This document shows positions 49,701 to 63,400 of a stretch of DNA of 64,000 bases, piece by piece. The position numbers and the translations under genes were made by a program. The notes below the pieces were generated by a model. It ran no database searches. It saw nothing but the letters and a program-made list of their open reading frames with translations, and had not been told where the DNA came from. The stretch lies in NCBI GenBank assembly GCA_047495785.1, contig JBLDXI010000046.1, positions 1,364,001 through 1,428,000 of the forward strand. Direction: 5' to 3'. Source of the DNA: Lepidodermella squamata. Its lineage: Eukaryota; Animalia; Gastrotricha. Position 1 is the first letter of the stretch. Each line of letters begins with the position of its first letter.

Positions 49701-52700
49701 AAATAAACCCAAATTAAAGGAAGATTTAGGGCTAGAACTCGAAATTTAGGGTGTCCTATTGACCAACCAAATTAAATTTACGAATTAATTTTTTTTAATT
49801 ATTAAAACCGCTTGAATTTTCACAATTTAAATTTAAACTTAGATTTGTCAACGTTTTTACATGTCCAATGATAATTTTTTCAGTGAATTACGAATTTTCC
49901 GAGAACGTATCGCGTCTTTGGAAGAAATTCGCGAACACCTGCAGCACAAAGTCAGCCATTTGGAGGATGAAAATCGAAAAATGCGCGAAGAACTCGAAGA
50001 GACAAAGCATCGCCTATCGCACACGTCCGGCAGTACCGGCAACGGTGAGGACGAAAGTGCGGGTCAGGACGGCGTGTCGACGGGTGCCGAGGGCGCGACG
50101 ACGCAACGGCGCCGGTTCACGCGCATGGAAATGGCGCGCGTGTTGATGGAGAGAAACGTGTATAAAGAGCGGCTCATTGAGCTACAAGAAACAGTTCGAT
50201 GGGTTGAGTCATTACGCGCCTCTCGAGAACACCCTGAGCAAAACCAGCAGCAACAGGACCAACGGAAAAAATCGTCATCGATTTGGAATTTGTAAGATTT
50301 TTTTTCATGAATTTAAATCGAATTTTTTCAAGGTTAAAGAAAGTGAATAAAATATTGTTTGTTGTACAGTATGTTCGGTGGAAAGCCATGACCTGGTTCT
50401 GCGGTTTCGCTCATAAATGAAAAATCAATAGACATTTTGCTGTGATTTCCGTGTGTGATTTTACGGGCTATTTTTAGTAGTATTAGATGAAAATATGAAT
50501 TCATATTTACGCAATAAAAATGCAAATTTTATTGATAATTACTGGAGACATGCGTCGCATTATTTGCTAGTTCAGCTGCCTGCGCTTCATTTTGCATTAG
50601 AGCCGCTTTTAGCGCGAAAATTTGCAACTTTTTGTAGGGGAAATTATTATTTTAGCAATTTAGTGTTGATCGGAAATGGTGCTCAATCTGGAATTTCTGG
50701 CGCGGTTATGGATAATGGACTCGATTTTTCTGAATCAGGTCATGGCTTTTCTTGTATAGAATTAGCTTTATTGGTGAAAGAGTGATAAAATGAGGATTTC
50801 ATAAAAAAAATATTGCAAAATTATCATAGCTTCAACGGCCTCACCAGCGAGCTATCAAACAGCCTGAACACGAGCATTACGAACCTCGAAAGTCTGAAAA
50901 GTGGCTCGCAAATGTAAAATTGAGGAGTTGTACTAGAAACCGCACGTCGATTGCATTTTTAACCATCTAACGCTGCCGTCACAACACTAATTTCTAATAT
51001 TATTACTACCGTGTCCCATAAGTTGCGCAACGCGTGAAAAGGAGGTCGTAAATTTAAAATCGTAAGAGGAAAAATATGGTACTTCTCAGTAAAAAAGAAA
51101 CAAAATCAGGAAAAATACCGATTTTTCGGATTTTTCTGGAAAGTTTAAAATGTTGGGATTTTTTGTTTAATTTTGAGAAATCTGAAAGTGTTGCGCAACT
51201 TATGGGTCACGCCGTGCTACTAAATTCGGTATATTTTTTACCTATTTGGGAAAATTGTTCATTATTAAAATTTCCGCTAGATTAATAGCATGACACTTTT
51301 TTGAAAAATCCACCTTAATAATCGTTCTTCTTTTTTTCATTTTATTTTTTTAGCTTTGGTGGTTTATTCGGAAATTCTGGTTCGCCGAAGTCGAAACATG
51401 TTTCCCCGGCTCAGTTGCCACCACCGCCGCCTATGCCGGCCGGGTTACTCGATGTCTCCCTGGGCGTCTCCCGGCTACCTGGTGACATCACCTCTGACCG
51501 GCAACAACAACGCCGGTCGTTCATGCAACAATCAGGCGGCGCTCAGGGCCGAGTTGAAGCGTATGGCTGGAGCATCCCGGCCTCGACCGCCTTCCCGCAG
51601 CATCAAACCGCCGGTATGGCGAGGAGCCGCGCGGCTACCCGTGTCGCCGGGGTGCCGGCTGTAGTCACCCCGAAACCGGAAGTTCCAATCCCGATTCCGG
51701 TTTGTTGTCAACCGCTGCCCGGCTCGTTGAATGGTATGAAAATCTGGGCGGCTGCCGTTGCCTTCTCGTCATTCGGCGTGCACCCGGATGGCAGCCGGCT
51801 ATTCGAGCGGTCCGTATTCTACGGCAGCCCTCGAACCCCGTCCGCCCTAACCGAAACCCCGGCGCCGCAAGACGTCGTCAGCGCCGATGTTGCCGAGTTG
51901 GAGGAGGAAGTCTCGTTGGAGCAGCATCGAGTTAAGGCGAGTCGAGGCCAGTTAGCCGAGCTGTCAACCGTCGCCTGGCTGACGTGCTCGTCGAACAACG
52001 TCAACACACACGTATTCCTCGTCGATTTACGCCAGCCGTCCGTCCTGCTGGCCGGATTCACCCTGGACGCGCCTTACGTGTCGCAGGTCTGTGCTGTGCC
52101 CGGCGCGAAGCCGACTGATATAACGTGGCAGCCGATGCCGGCGAGTGACCACCATTCGATTAAGCTGGACTCGGAGCATCGCGATGAAGATTGCGTCGAG
52201 CTGTCACGAGACGTCGAAAAGCAACGTGCTAGTGACGCGGCAAATGCGGCTGGCTGGTCGCTCCAGGTGACTGAAAACGTGAAGACGAAAGTTATCATGA
52301 TCAGGCCGACGCCTGCTGTTGTTGCGGAGAGTAAGCCGCCGCCAGCAACTGTTGACGGGGAGAAGGAGGAAAATCAGGACGAAGACGGGCGGCCGTTGAT
52401 TGATAACACCAAGTCGCTGCTGATGCCGACGATGTGGTTCGGCGCCCAGGACGGGTCGTTGTTCCTGTACTCGGCGGCTGCGGCTGTGCAACCGGCGGTT
52501 GATGATTCGCCGCAGCAGTTGCCGGCTATTCTGAGCCGTGTGCAATTACAATCGGCTGCTACGGCGATAGGGCACGTTGCGGGGCGTGTTTTCGTCGCGT
52601 TGTCAACGTCTGAATTGGCCATGTTCCACCGTAATCCTGAAACTAAAGAATGGGTTACAGGTTCGTTCCTTTTCTACTTTGCGTATTACGTATTTAGTTG

Positions 52701-55700
52701 AAATGAATTGAAAGCCGAAACCCTTGATGGTTGTGGAAATAATCACAACTTGAATCAGGAATATTGTAAAGGTCCTAGCCTGAATTTTTCCTGAATTTTG
52801 ATAGCTAGGAAATTGATAGGATAAAATTAATTGAATCACATTTATAGTTGACCTATATTTTTTGGCTTTAATATTTCGACCGAATTTTACTCGGGGATTT
52901 AGGATCCTAGGAGCCTCCTATTTAGCCTAAAATTTTAAATTAAAGCTTCTAATTACCAAAAAATGAAAATCGGGGCGATAAATATAAAGTTTTAGGTAAA
53001 AAGTGTAAAATGGCTAGTTTTCTTAGTCATCTATTTTTGAACACCCTAAACCCCATTTTTGCCCTATAACCGGCCATGCTAAATAGCGATTTTTTTAGAG
53101 TATTGTTTTTTCAAAAAAAAATAGGGAACCGGCCGCCATGAAAGGGCCTTTAGACACCGTTTTATAGGTATATTATGGAATTTCTAAATGTCGATAATTT
53201 CTTAATCATTATTCCTGGATAATTATTTGTTCTAATAGTCCTCATTTATCTTCGGCTTCAATAATTTGACTCGAGCTTTTTTATGGGTGCATATTTCATT
53301 CATTGTAAGATGCTTTAAACGGAGAAAAAAATTCAAATTTTATCCGGGGTTTGTGTCTGAAATTATGGATTTTCGTCAAATCTTGATGGTTTGGTGAAAC
53401 ATTGAAAGGTTTTTCTGATAGAAATTCGAAACCATTATTTATGGCGACATACTTGCTGAATGTTTTATATCACCCTATCAAATCATCGTTTGGGACTTCG
53501 TTTTAGCAAAACAAGTAGGATTTGGGATGTAAACTCTCGCATCTCTTTTCCATTATTTGATGAAAATAACTGTATGGGATGCTTGAATTTTGTAATTCGC
53601 GCCTATCGATTTCCATATTTTCAATCAACGAATTCAGCTTCCCCCAAGTTGTTAATTCATCATTGCAGCCAGCTTAATAACACATTTTAAGCCTTAATTA
53701 ATTGGGGCGGGGCGTGGCAGCGGCGGGACATCTGTCGTTGCATAAAAGCGGCTCGCAGATCGTATATTATTTGTAACTAGGCCGTGTGATGAGCTTACGC
53801 CCTTGTTCATCATTATTCTTATTTGTTTTGCGGTTGTTGTTGTTGTTATTGTTACTTACTGACTTATTGTTTTGTATATATTTATAGACGAGTGCAGCCT
53901 AATTGAATTCAAGCGCGACGTGACAGCAGCGACGCCTGGTGGAGAGGCGGCGGCGACGGACGACCCGTTGGCGCGAACGGCGAGCCCATCCGTCAGCAGC
54001 CAGGCAGTGCCGGCCGCGCGCTGCCTCGTCGCCGTGGCGAACCGTTATCTGTGGGTGGGCATCGGCCGCGAAGTGCTTGTCGTCGAGCCCGCCGCGCTGC
54101 GCATCGAGTCGTCGTTCGTGTGCCACCCGCGCGCCGACGCGCAGCTGCGCCACGCCGTCTCGGTCGGAGATGGTGTGTGGCTGGCGGTGCGCATCGACTC
54201 GGTGCTGCGCCTCTTCCACGCCTTCACGCACCAGCATCTGCAAGACCTCGACCTGCAACCGGCTATCCATTCGTTCCTTTTCGGTAAGATATGCAAATTT
54301 TATCCTATTTTCAAGTTTTCGAAAGTCGAATAATAAAAAGATGAGTAGAAAATGAGAAGAAAATGAAAAAAAAGTAAATCAGGCGTTTTAAGGGACATAC
54401 AGGTATACAATGTAAACACCAAATTTTATGATAATTTGAAATGTGGAGTTGACGGTATAGTTTCGGGTACATTTGTAGCTTACCTGAGTCTGGTGTCGCT
54501 GTTTCTGTTGTTGAGCCCCTGCCGCACCTGTTGATGCTGCGTCATATATTCCGGATTTTCCCAGTTGGAAATTTCTCGGGGCCCTCGGCAATCTCCATCT
54601 TCGGGGGCCCCTAACCCCTATAGTTGGTTGTTGCAATTGAGAACGTGATCTATTAACCTACATGTATATGATTGAATTGCATCTAAAGCCTGCAAAACAT
54701 CAGCGATAGTCGTGGGAGATGATACCGGCTCATCGAATTCGCCGTCGTCTTCTTCTTATTCGCGAGATAGGCTTGCGGCGGGGCGATATCAACATCGTCA
54801 TCGCACCGAAAGAACTCTTCAACATCGGTTCCATATTCGTCGCGAATAGCGGCCCAGATCGCCTGGTCTACTCCAGAAAAAGGGGGAATGTTGTATGGGA
54901 ATCATCGTCTCACCGCTTTCCTCTGATAATTTTAGTATCAGTTTCGGTCGGAGCTCGATCCTAAATTAAAGAAATTTACAAAGCTCTAAGAATGGAAAAA
55001 AATAACGATAACGTTTCGCTCGTTGGAAAGGGAATGTTCGCGAATTCTCCGTCGGGATACGGGGCTTGTCAGGATTTTATCTGTCAACACCAAAAAGAAT
55101 TTTGTAAACAAAAGGAAAGCCCTGAATTTTAAATAATTGAAAATTTCCGCTTTTTATTTGTTTCAGTACATAATTTCTTTCTTGCTTTTAACAATTTATT
55201 TATTTATTTTAGGCGATGTGACACCCGCCGCTGGAACAGCGCTATCTCCAATGCGAGTCTCGGCGATGGTGGCCGGTGGCGGGCGGCTGTGGATCGGCAC
55301 GCACACGGGTCTCGTCGTCTCGGTGCCATTCGCGTCCGCCGAACAGCAAATCATGGTGCGAACGGGTTCCACCGGCTCGCCGCAAAACTCGGCCGGCGGC
55401 GGCACGTCGTCGACATCACCCGTCACCCGGCAACCGGCTGCCTCGACCACGACACCCCAGGGCCCGGGCGCCATCGTCCAGGTGTTCGCATCACCCCGCT
55501 CGCACACGCTGACCCCCGGCACCAACCTGGTACCGTACTGCTGGGTAGGCGGGGCGCAAATCTCGTGTCACGGCCACACGGATTCGGTGAAAGCGATTGT
55601 CTGCTCGCCGGTCCAGGCCGGTACAACCGGGAACCTGCAGACCGAACAATCGGTCGACCAGCCGAAACCGAACAACACGGGAATTCCGAGCCTGGCGGTA

Positions 55701-55937
55701 ATGTCGGTTGGCGAGGGCTACCGCGACTGCCGGTCGCCTAGTGCAATTCAAGCAGCGGCTGCTAGCGAACAGGCCGGGCTGTCGGCGATCCTGCCGCCGC
55801 CCGGCCAGTCGGGTACGGTGACGCCGTCGGGCCAGATGAGCCCGCGGCCTGCGCTAACCGCCTCGCCGTCCCCGCCCGGCGAGGAGCGCATCCACATGAT
55901 CGTCTGGCAACTTGCTCTATCAGGCGGTGGAAATTGA
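46723..55937 (+). CDS. unc-16: JNK-interacting protein 3/4 (JIP3/SPAG9; unc-16/Sunday driver-like)
   Basis: RH1 domain ([33 protein letters not shown]), leucine zipper II ([20 protein letters not shown]), RH2 ([21 protein letters not shown]), and WD40-like C-terminus ([55 protein letters not shown]). Confidence 0.93.
50381..50751. mobile_element. Intronic MITE-like element
   Basis: Terminal inverted repeats GAAAGCCATGACCTGGTTC / GAAAAGCCATGACCTGATTC. Confidence 0.6.
51009..51212. mobile_element. Intronic Tc1/mariner-like MITE
   Basis: TIR CGTG(T/A)CCCATAAGTTGCGCAAC at both ends; left end preceded by TA. Confidence 0.65.
54620..54960 (-). pseudogene. Possible decayed pogo/Tigger-type transposase C-terminal remnant, antisense in a JIP3 intron
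   Basis: Frameshifted minus-strand fragments [17 protein letters not shown] and [30 protein letters not shown] resemble the acidic C-terminus of Tigger-like transposases. Confidence 0.35.
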
Positions 55938-57696
55938 TGCAAAATTAATAATCGTCTTCCTTAAAAATTGAAATGGTTTTAATTTCGTGAGAGCGGACAA
56001 CAAATCTGCTGTGGATTGTGAAAAAAATTACCTGACTGCTTTCTAATCTGGTCGCGATTTGTGAGAAATACACCAACACGCTCATCACACCTCTCTGTCT
56101 CTCTACTGATATTGTTTTGATTTATATTAAAAAAAATATGATGTAGTATTATATAACACGATTTTTTTCCTCGGGACTTTTTTTTGCTGTCGCTTCTTCC
56201 TAAATTTCCGCCCTCTGAGAAACAAACAATTTCGCTATTATGTGATAAATGTGTTTTTTGTACCTTTTTTCCTTCGATTGACGGCGTGGCGTATATATCG
56301 ATCAGCGCCTTGTAAATATCAAAAGCAACACAAATAATTGAATTCAATACAGTGCAAATTTGTGGGGTCTCGCAACTAAAAAGTTCTTCAACTGCCTTTT
56401 CAAAGCGCATATCATCATCTCTCTTATTGCTCTTTTGTGCATTCGTGTTGTTAGTTTATTTTTTGTTACGTCGCATTACTGTAAAATCAACAGTTGATGA
56501 TCCTGAAAATATTCGATTAATTTATTGGGAAATAATTTGATATCGATTCTTCTTTTCCTTTCCGCCTTCTTGCTCTCTTTATCTTCGCCAGTCAATCTTT
56601 TCCGTTATTTCTTTTAACGTCGTAGTAGAAATTCGCCTATATATTTGTTATACCTGTTTGATTTATACTGCGTTTTTTCGGCACTATTTGCTGGGACACT
56701 ACAATATAGAGTGCAAATAATATTTTGAACAAAAAAATTCAATCAATATATACGTCGTCGTGTCTGAGGTTTTTCGTCTGATTCTTTTTGTCTCGCTGCG
56801 GTAACGGACGTGGTTTTCTATCGACCTAGCGACTCGAACAACTTGACTCTACTGGAAAAAAATTGATTGGGTGTTATCATACCTATTGTTTAGAGCTGTG
56901 TGATGTGATATTTAACAACAAAAATCGCTATATATATACATATTATGAAATTGATAATTCTATAATATTGCTATAATATGACTCTGTACGGCTAACAAAA
57001 AGTAACGGAATTTCGGAATGAATAAAAGTGGAAAATATACGCTAAAACTGATGTTTTTTAACGCATATCTACTCGCCAAAGCAGAACTGTGCCTACCACT
57101 GATTAAAAAGAAGCAAAATATCTTTAGCGGAACCAAATTTCGAAAACCAAACGCAAAATAGTAAAAAGCGAAATAGTTTCGAATAATTTCGCAATTACGC
57201 CGGATTCTCAGAGTAATGATCACTGAGAGTAGCGCAAAATTTAGCCATAATTCATTGGAATTTTTCCAAATTATAATTATGAAGTTCGCAAACAGTTAAC
57301 GAAGACATTTTTAGGGGAATAATTAAAAATTAGATTCCGCGTCCAGTCGAATTCGGCTCCGCGAAGAGTAAGACAAGAAATTAAATAAATCAAACGTTTT
57401 TCTGGTGGTAAATAATGCTGGAGAAAGGTGGAAATTTGTTGTAAAAGTGATTTTTTCAAATAAAGATGATAAATTTTTTCAGGAATGGGGTGCGGAACTG
57501 TGGAAAACCCGACGTTAGTTTTAATTAGTGAAGAAAGCAATCGCTTTTCAACGAATCGAAATTTGCGGGAAATCTTGGGGTTCGAAAAATCCGCTTTTAT
57601 ACACTTTTTTAACCTGGTTGGAACCCGCTTTCTCTAGGTAAAATGTCTTGCAATCCTCATGAAATTCATTTATATATCGAATTTCGGCTCCAATTC

Positions 57697-59045
57697 GAGC
57701 TAGGCTTGAAAATCAGCATTAGTAAAACACAATACATGGTGATCGGTGAGGATAGAAACTACCAACTTGAATTAGACGGCAAACTTTTGGAAAAAGTGAC
57801 GTCTTTCAAATATTTAGGAAGCATCATCACTTCTGAAGGGAAAATGGACGGGTGAGACTTTTTTCATCCGACAAATGACTTCTTTTATCCGACACATGTC
57901 TTATTTCATCCGAAATCCAAAAATGTGACTAAACACGTCCGACATGCTTTTTTCATATTTTCGAAAAAGTTACAGTAAAAAAGTGACTACTCTAATCGCC
58001 ATAAATCTTTTACCATAAAATTCTTCCGGTTCAGGGGCCAAAATGAGGTGCATAAAATAGGCATGCCCCTACGGTAAAATAAAATCGAATCCGGGAAAAT
58101 CGAGAAAATCGATATTTTCATGTCGGATGATTTTAGTCACATTTTTGGAATTCGGATAAAAGAAGATATGTGTCGGATAAAATTAGTCATTTTGTCGGAT
58201 GAAAAAGTTTTCCCCAAATGGACGAGGAGATCAAGGCTCGCATAGCGAAAGCTGGCGGCTGCTTTGGTGCCCTCAATAAACTTATGTGTAATAGAAAACA
58301 CGTGAGCTTAGCTACGAAATTGAAAGTCCTTAAATGCGTTGTTATTCCTACCGTCACCTATGCCTGCGAAACCTGGAACCTGACCACCCAACAAGAGCAA
58401 AGGTTAAATGTCACCTTTATGCGATGGCTTAGAACAATTATGGGTCTGTTTAGGACAGATTATATTCCTAATGTTGATATTAGACTGATCTGCGACGTAA
58501 TGGAATTGAGTAAATTGATTGAAAAATTTCGTCTGAAATATTTTGGCCATATAATTCGACAGGACGAATATGACCCTGAAAGTCTCACGAGTATTATGTA
58601 TTATTGGAAAGCAGTCGACCCGAGTTGGTACTTGCCTCGCGGCAGGCCGCCAACCCGATGGTCTGACTGCCTCCGAAGAAGCCTTCTAAAAATTGGAAAT
58701 TTTTATATACATGAAAAACGTATCAGGGATCCTAATGAACCTAAAAAACGAGGGCGATCCCGTAAATCAACCTTATTGATGCGACGCATCGAAATTCACA
58801 AAATTGCGGATTTAGAATTGGCGGAAGTAACAGCTAGAGACCGGGAAGAATGGCAGCTACTATGTAACAGTATAGAAAATTATGAATTCATGGGAAAAAG
58901 CAGATTGTTCGCGACTGTTCCTGAAGCTGATCTCTCGTCGTCAGCCGTCCCCTAAACCCTCACGGGTAAGGCTTGTATATATATTACCATCACTTTTAGC
59001 CGAAGGTGGACGTAAAATAAAACATTTTCATTTGTTCATTTGTTC
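57697..59045 (+). mobile_element. 5'-truncated non-LTR retrotransposon (RTE/CR1-like LINE), RT C-terminal part
   Basis: GLKISISKTQYM, FKYLGSII, EEIKARIAKA, TYACETW, LKYFGHIIR, RGRPPTRWSD and DREEW; (CATTTGTT)n tail; 16-bp TSD ATTTCGGCTCCAATTC at 57681-57696 and 59046-59061. Confidence 0.92.
57851..58215. mobile_element. Mutator (MULE)-like MITE nested in the LINE
   Basis: ~95-bp TIRs (GG..A.ACTTTTT.CATCCGACAAA...); 9-bp TSD AAATGGACG at 57842-57850 and 58216-58224. Confidence 0.9.
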
Positions 59046-60440
59046 ATTTCGGCTCCAATTCTGTATATAGTCTTGAGATCCAAAATTAGCCCAGGTGGAA
59101 CCCGTTTCCTATTTCTAACTGTTAAAGTCAAAGAAAATACCGCGTTTTTTATTCAACGTTTTTTAACGAATTTGATCGCGAATTTGATTGGGGAAAGCCT
59201 GGAGCTATTGGACTCGAAAGACTAGTTCAGATTTTCCCTAATCAAACTGTTGGCCTGAAATTGAGCCGAATAGGTAATTTACTGGCTTTCAATTTATAGC
59301 CCAATTTCCTGATGAATAGTCATGACATTTTTTCAAGTCACAAAAGCGATGTCATTTTAGTAAATCCGAACAAGCTGATCATATAAGCGATTGTCTTGAA
59401 CAAAAACAACACAATATAAAAAACATGTTCGATTGTAGCAGCACGTGCCAGACAAAAATCGAAACATGTTTCACACGGCTCTCCGAAAAGTAGCTCACTC
59501 TTTCTTTCTTTTCGCATTTTATATTTTTATTTGAGTGATCGGAGGATAGATTTTGCAATTATTACTTTCATCTGATCGATTCAGTCGATTTAGGTCACGA
59601 AAGCGAGGTCATTACGCGTGCCGCCACGCACGTCTGGCCGACGCAGCAAAAAACTCGGCCGTGCCTCCTTTTTTTACTACTGCAGTTCATTATATAGATC
59701 AAGTACTACTGTGTAGACCGCATGGTAAGTTTCTTCGCAAGCCGCTGAATGAGAACAGCTAGAGGAAAAAACCAGCCTCCTAAAAAAACTAAACATAATT
59801 TTATTACCACTCCACGTGCTAAAAATGTGTATAATAATTATTTTCCATCATTTCATCTTTCTCTGCGTATGCTGGCTGTATGATGTGTTGATTTCTCTGA
59901 ATGAAATTGTTGTTGTGATTTGTTGCCGGAATGATCCTAGAATTTGACCCGTGTCATCTATTTTTATGACGTCAGAAGACACGCGTGTTGCGCAACGGGA
60001 TGAGCACGTGCGGCCTCGTTAGCTGAAGCAACAATCGCACGCGACACCAGTTGACGCCGCCCATTCACACATCTTTCGCAAACTGGCTGGACGCGCCAAT
60101 TCATTCGTTGTTTTACATCAGTCATCGAACACAAACACAATTTTATTCCCTCCAATTTCGACTAGCGTTCGACTTTTAAAACATCATTTTATCGACAACG
60201 ACTTGACAAACAGCGCGTCGACGTTTTTGATACTACTACTACCGCTTGTTTTTTTATAATTTTTTACCCGCGGACCTTCATCATCATCACCGTAACGAGT
60301 CGGCCTCTTTGTTACTTTCAACGGATTTTGTTTCAAACGACACAACGCAAAACAACCAGGTTAGTGCCTCGGCGTTTACAACCGCCTCGTCTGAGCCGAT
60401 TTCTTAGCAACGATTTTTGCCCCTTTTTTAGTTTTTGAAA

Positions 60441-63400
60441 ATGGCAAGCTTATCTGAGCAACAACACTACGAGCAGCTGAAGAAGAAGCCAGAGATCCTG
60501 GTCGGCGGCGAACAGCCCGGCGATCTGAGTCAATTGTCGCTGAACGACGAGAATGATGACGTCGTTCTTGGGCAAACTCGCGAGCTGATCGGCGACGATG
60601 ACGATGACACCCTGAAGGCTCAAAACCAGTCATCGCGATCTTTCGCCACCCCATCCGGCCAATTGGGTTCGAATTTGTTGCCGGCCGGCGTGCTGACCCC
60701 GAGCCCGTCCACCGCCTCGGGCCGCGTCACCGCCTCGCCGCACCGAGTCAGCGCCTCCCAGGTCACGTGCTCGACCTGCCTGAAGCAGTTCGACCGTCGC
60801 GAACGCCGCCCGAAGCTTCTCGACTGCGTTCACACCGTGTGCTCGGTGTGCCTCGAAGATTACAACCACCGCAACCCGGCGCCGCCGCTGCCCGGCTCGA
60901 TCGGCGGCGCGCAGCTCCAGCAAACGACGTGCCCGCTCTGCCAGCGCCACACACCGGCGCCGGTCGACAAATTGCCGCTGGATGTTGTCACTCTGGCGAT
61001 GAGCGAGAACTTGACCCTGTTTTCGCGACACAACTGCGTCTCATGCGACGCCTCTTCAGAGCAGATCGGCGACCAAGAACCCGTCCTCCTTCACTGGGAT
61101 GCCGCATGTGGTATCCTCATTTGCGAGGTTTGTGATTTTTCAGTCTGGGTCACACATTTTCTAGGTCAGGTCATCGCATTATTATTACTTCGAGCCTGTA
61201 TTATTGCATCGAATGTGGCTGTTTTATTGCTTTGTTTTCCTTCCAACAAATTTTTCATCCATTTATTTTAGTTGCCTGATTATTTTAATTTTCTTATTCT
61301 TTAGCCATGTTACGAAAGTCACGTTCGTGAATGTGCGCCGAATTCGCACAGGCCAGGTTCGCTGATCGCTGTGCCGTCGCGCATCTCGGACGAGTTCTAC
61401 CGTCAGATCCGCGACATGCGAAACGCGCCCTGCCCGCTCCACAACACCGAAATGCTGAACCAGTACTGCTTTGAGTGCAACGCCTTCGTGTGCCCCGATT
61501 GCGTCGCCTCCCACCAGCGCCATCACCTCGTTCGCGAGCAGCTCGACTTCGCCGCGCAGTTCGGCGTCGAGTCTGACTTCTACCGAATCTACATCGAAAA
61601 CCTGAAGCCATTCCTGCGCAATCTCGACCAAATGTGGCCGATCCTGCAAGACCGCGCCGGTCAACTCGACCGCTTTGTCGAAGGCTACGAACATCAGGCG
61701 AAAGACTTGTTCAATCACATTCTCGAGCGCCTTAATCAGTACAAACAAGTAAAATAATTTATTCTTTATTAAGGCGGATTTTTTATTATTTTTTCGAATA
61801 GCAAACTATTGAGGCTGTTCAACGCATTCGTGAGGAACGCGAGGCACAGTTGCGTCAAGATGAAGAACGCCTCGCCGCTTTGATCCTGACGGGCGATCGC
61901 CTCATTCAGTGGATGATGCAGTCGATCGACTTCTGCAACACAGTCGAACTTGCCGCCGCTCGTCAATTCGTCACAAATGCCTACCAGCAGCTGTTCGCTG
62001 GCCTCGACGGCTTCTCGCGAACTTCAACCATGCCTGTCGATGTCGTGCAACTGCCGCGACTTGAGCTGTTCGAATCTGCTGTTTTGAACATTCTAGCATC
62101 AGCCGAGAACGCGATTGCGCCGTACCAGGTCGTTTCGAACGCGACAGCTTCTGCTGCTGCCAACGTCATGGCTGGCCTGTCATCGCCTCGTATGGACCAT
62201 GATATCGAGAGTCAGCAGCAGCAATCGCGACGAGGTGCGATGAATAACGGAACTCCGGTGATTTCTGTCTTGCAGTCGAACCGATCGATGCATCACCACC
62301 AGCATCAACAACAGCAGCAGGCCATGTCGATGCAGAACCATGCGGGACTCGTTCCGTATTCGCATCAGCAATTCGGAGGCAACGGCTTTTTCGGCGGTGC
62401 GGCTAATCTCTCGACGCCGTCAGCGGCTGGTTCGACGATCGCGTCGTCGCCGAGCCCTATGAACCACCCTGCCTCGGCTCTGTCTGTTCCGCTCACACCA
62501 TCTGGACCTAGCTCGAACATGGGTTCGAACAACGTCTCCTTCCTTCAAGGTTTGATTGAGCTGTTCTTTCGAGAAAATTATGTTTATTGAGAAGATTGTT
62601 TAGGCATGATTATCCCGTCGCCGAACAACCAGGCGCCGATGTTGTTGCGCGAGCCATCAGCCGCCCAGCGCATCCCCCGCCAGCGCATGATCTACCACTT
62701 GAAGTTCGGAGAATTCGGCGTTATGGAGGGTCAGTTCACTGAACCGAGCGGCATCGCCTGCAACGCGCAGAACGACATCATCGTCGCCGATACGAACAAC
62801 CACCGCGTTCAGATCTTCGACTCCGAGGGTCGTTTCAAGTTCACGTACGGCGAGTGCGGCAAGCGCGACGCCCAGCTGCTGTACCCGAACCGCGTCGCTG
62901 TCTGCAAGGCGACGGGCGACATTGTTGTCACTGAGCGATCGCCGTCGCACCAGGTCCAGATCTACGACCAGTACGGCATTTTCGTGCGCCGATTCGGCCA
63001 AGACTGCCTGAAGCACCCGCGCGGCGTGTTCGTCGACTCGCGCGGCCGCATTCTAGTCGTCGAGTGCAAGGTGATGCGCGTCACCATCTTCTCGATGGAA
63101 GGCCGCGTTCTGCGCTCGTTCACCTGCCGGTCGTACCTCGAGTTCCCGAACGGCATCTGCGCGACTGACAACCCGGAGGAGATCTACATCTCGGACAACC
63201 GCGCCCACTGCGTCTGGGTCTTCAACTACGACGGCATTTTCCTGCGCCGTATTGGTGGCGAGGGCATCACCAACTACCCAATTGGTGTCGGCATCAATCA
63301 GGTACATTTTATTTTTATCATTCATCATTTGACCTTATTTTATTGCCTGACACACAAAGCCGCTTTTATTTGCCACTCATTAACCTTGAAACAGCAATTG

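Noticed and set aside
57851-58230. MULE MITE acting as a spliceable intron (starts G|GTGAGA)
   Set aside because: The nearby AG acceptors do not restore the LINE reading frame, and there is no good pyrimidine tract.
51356-63328. Many overlapping and antisense ORFs over JIP3 and brat exons
   Set aside because: They are by-products of GC-rich codon usage with few off-frame stops and show no recognisable motifs.
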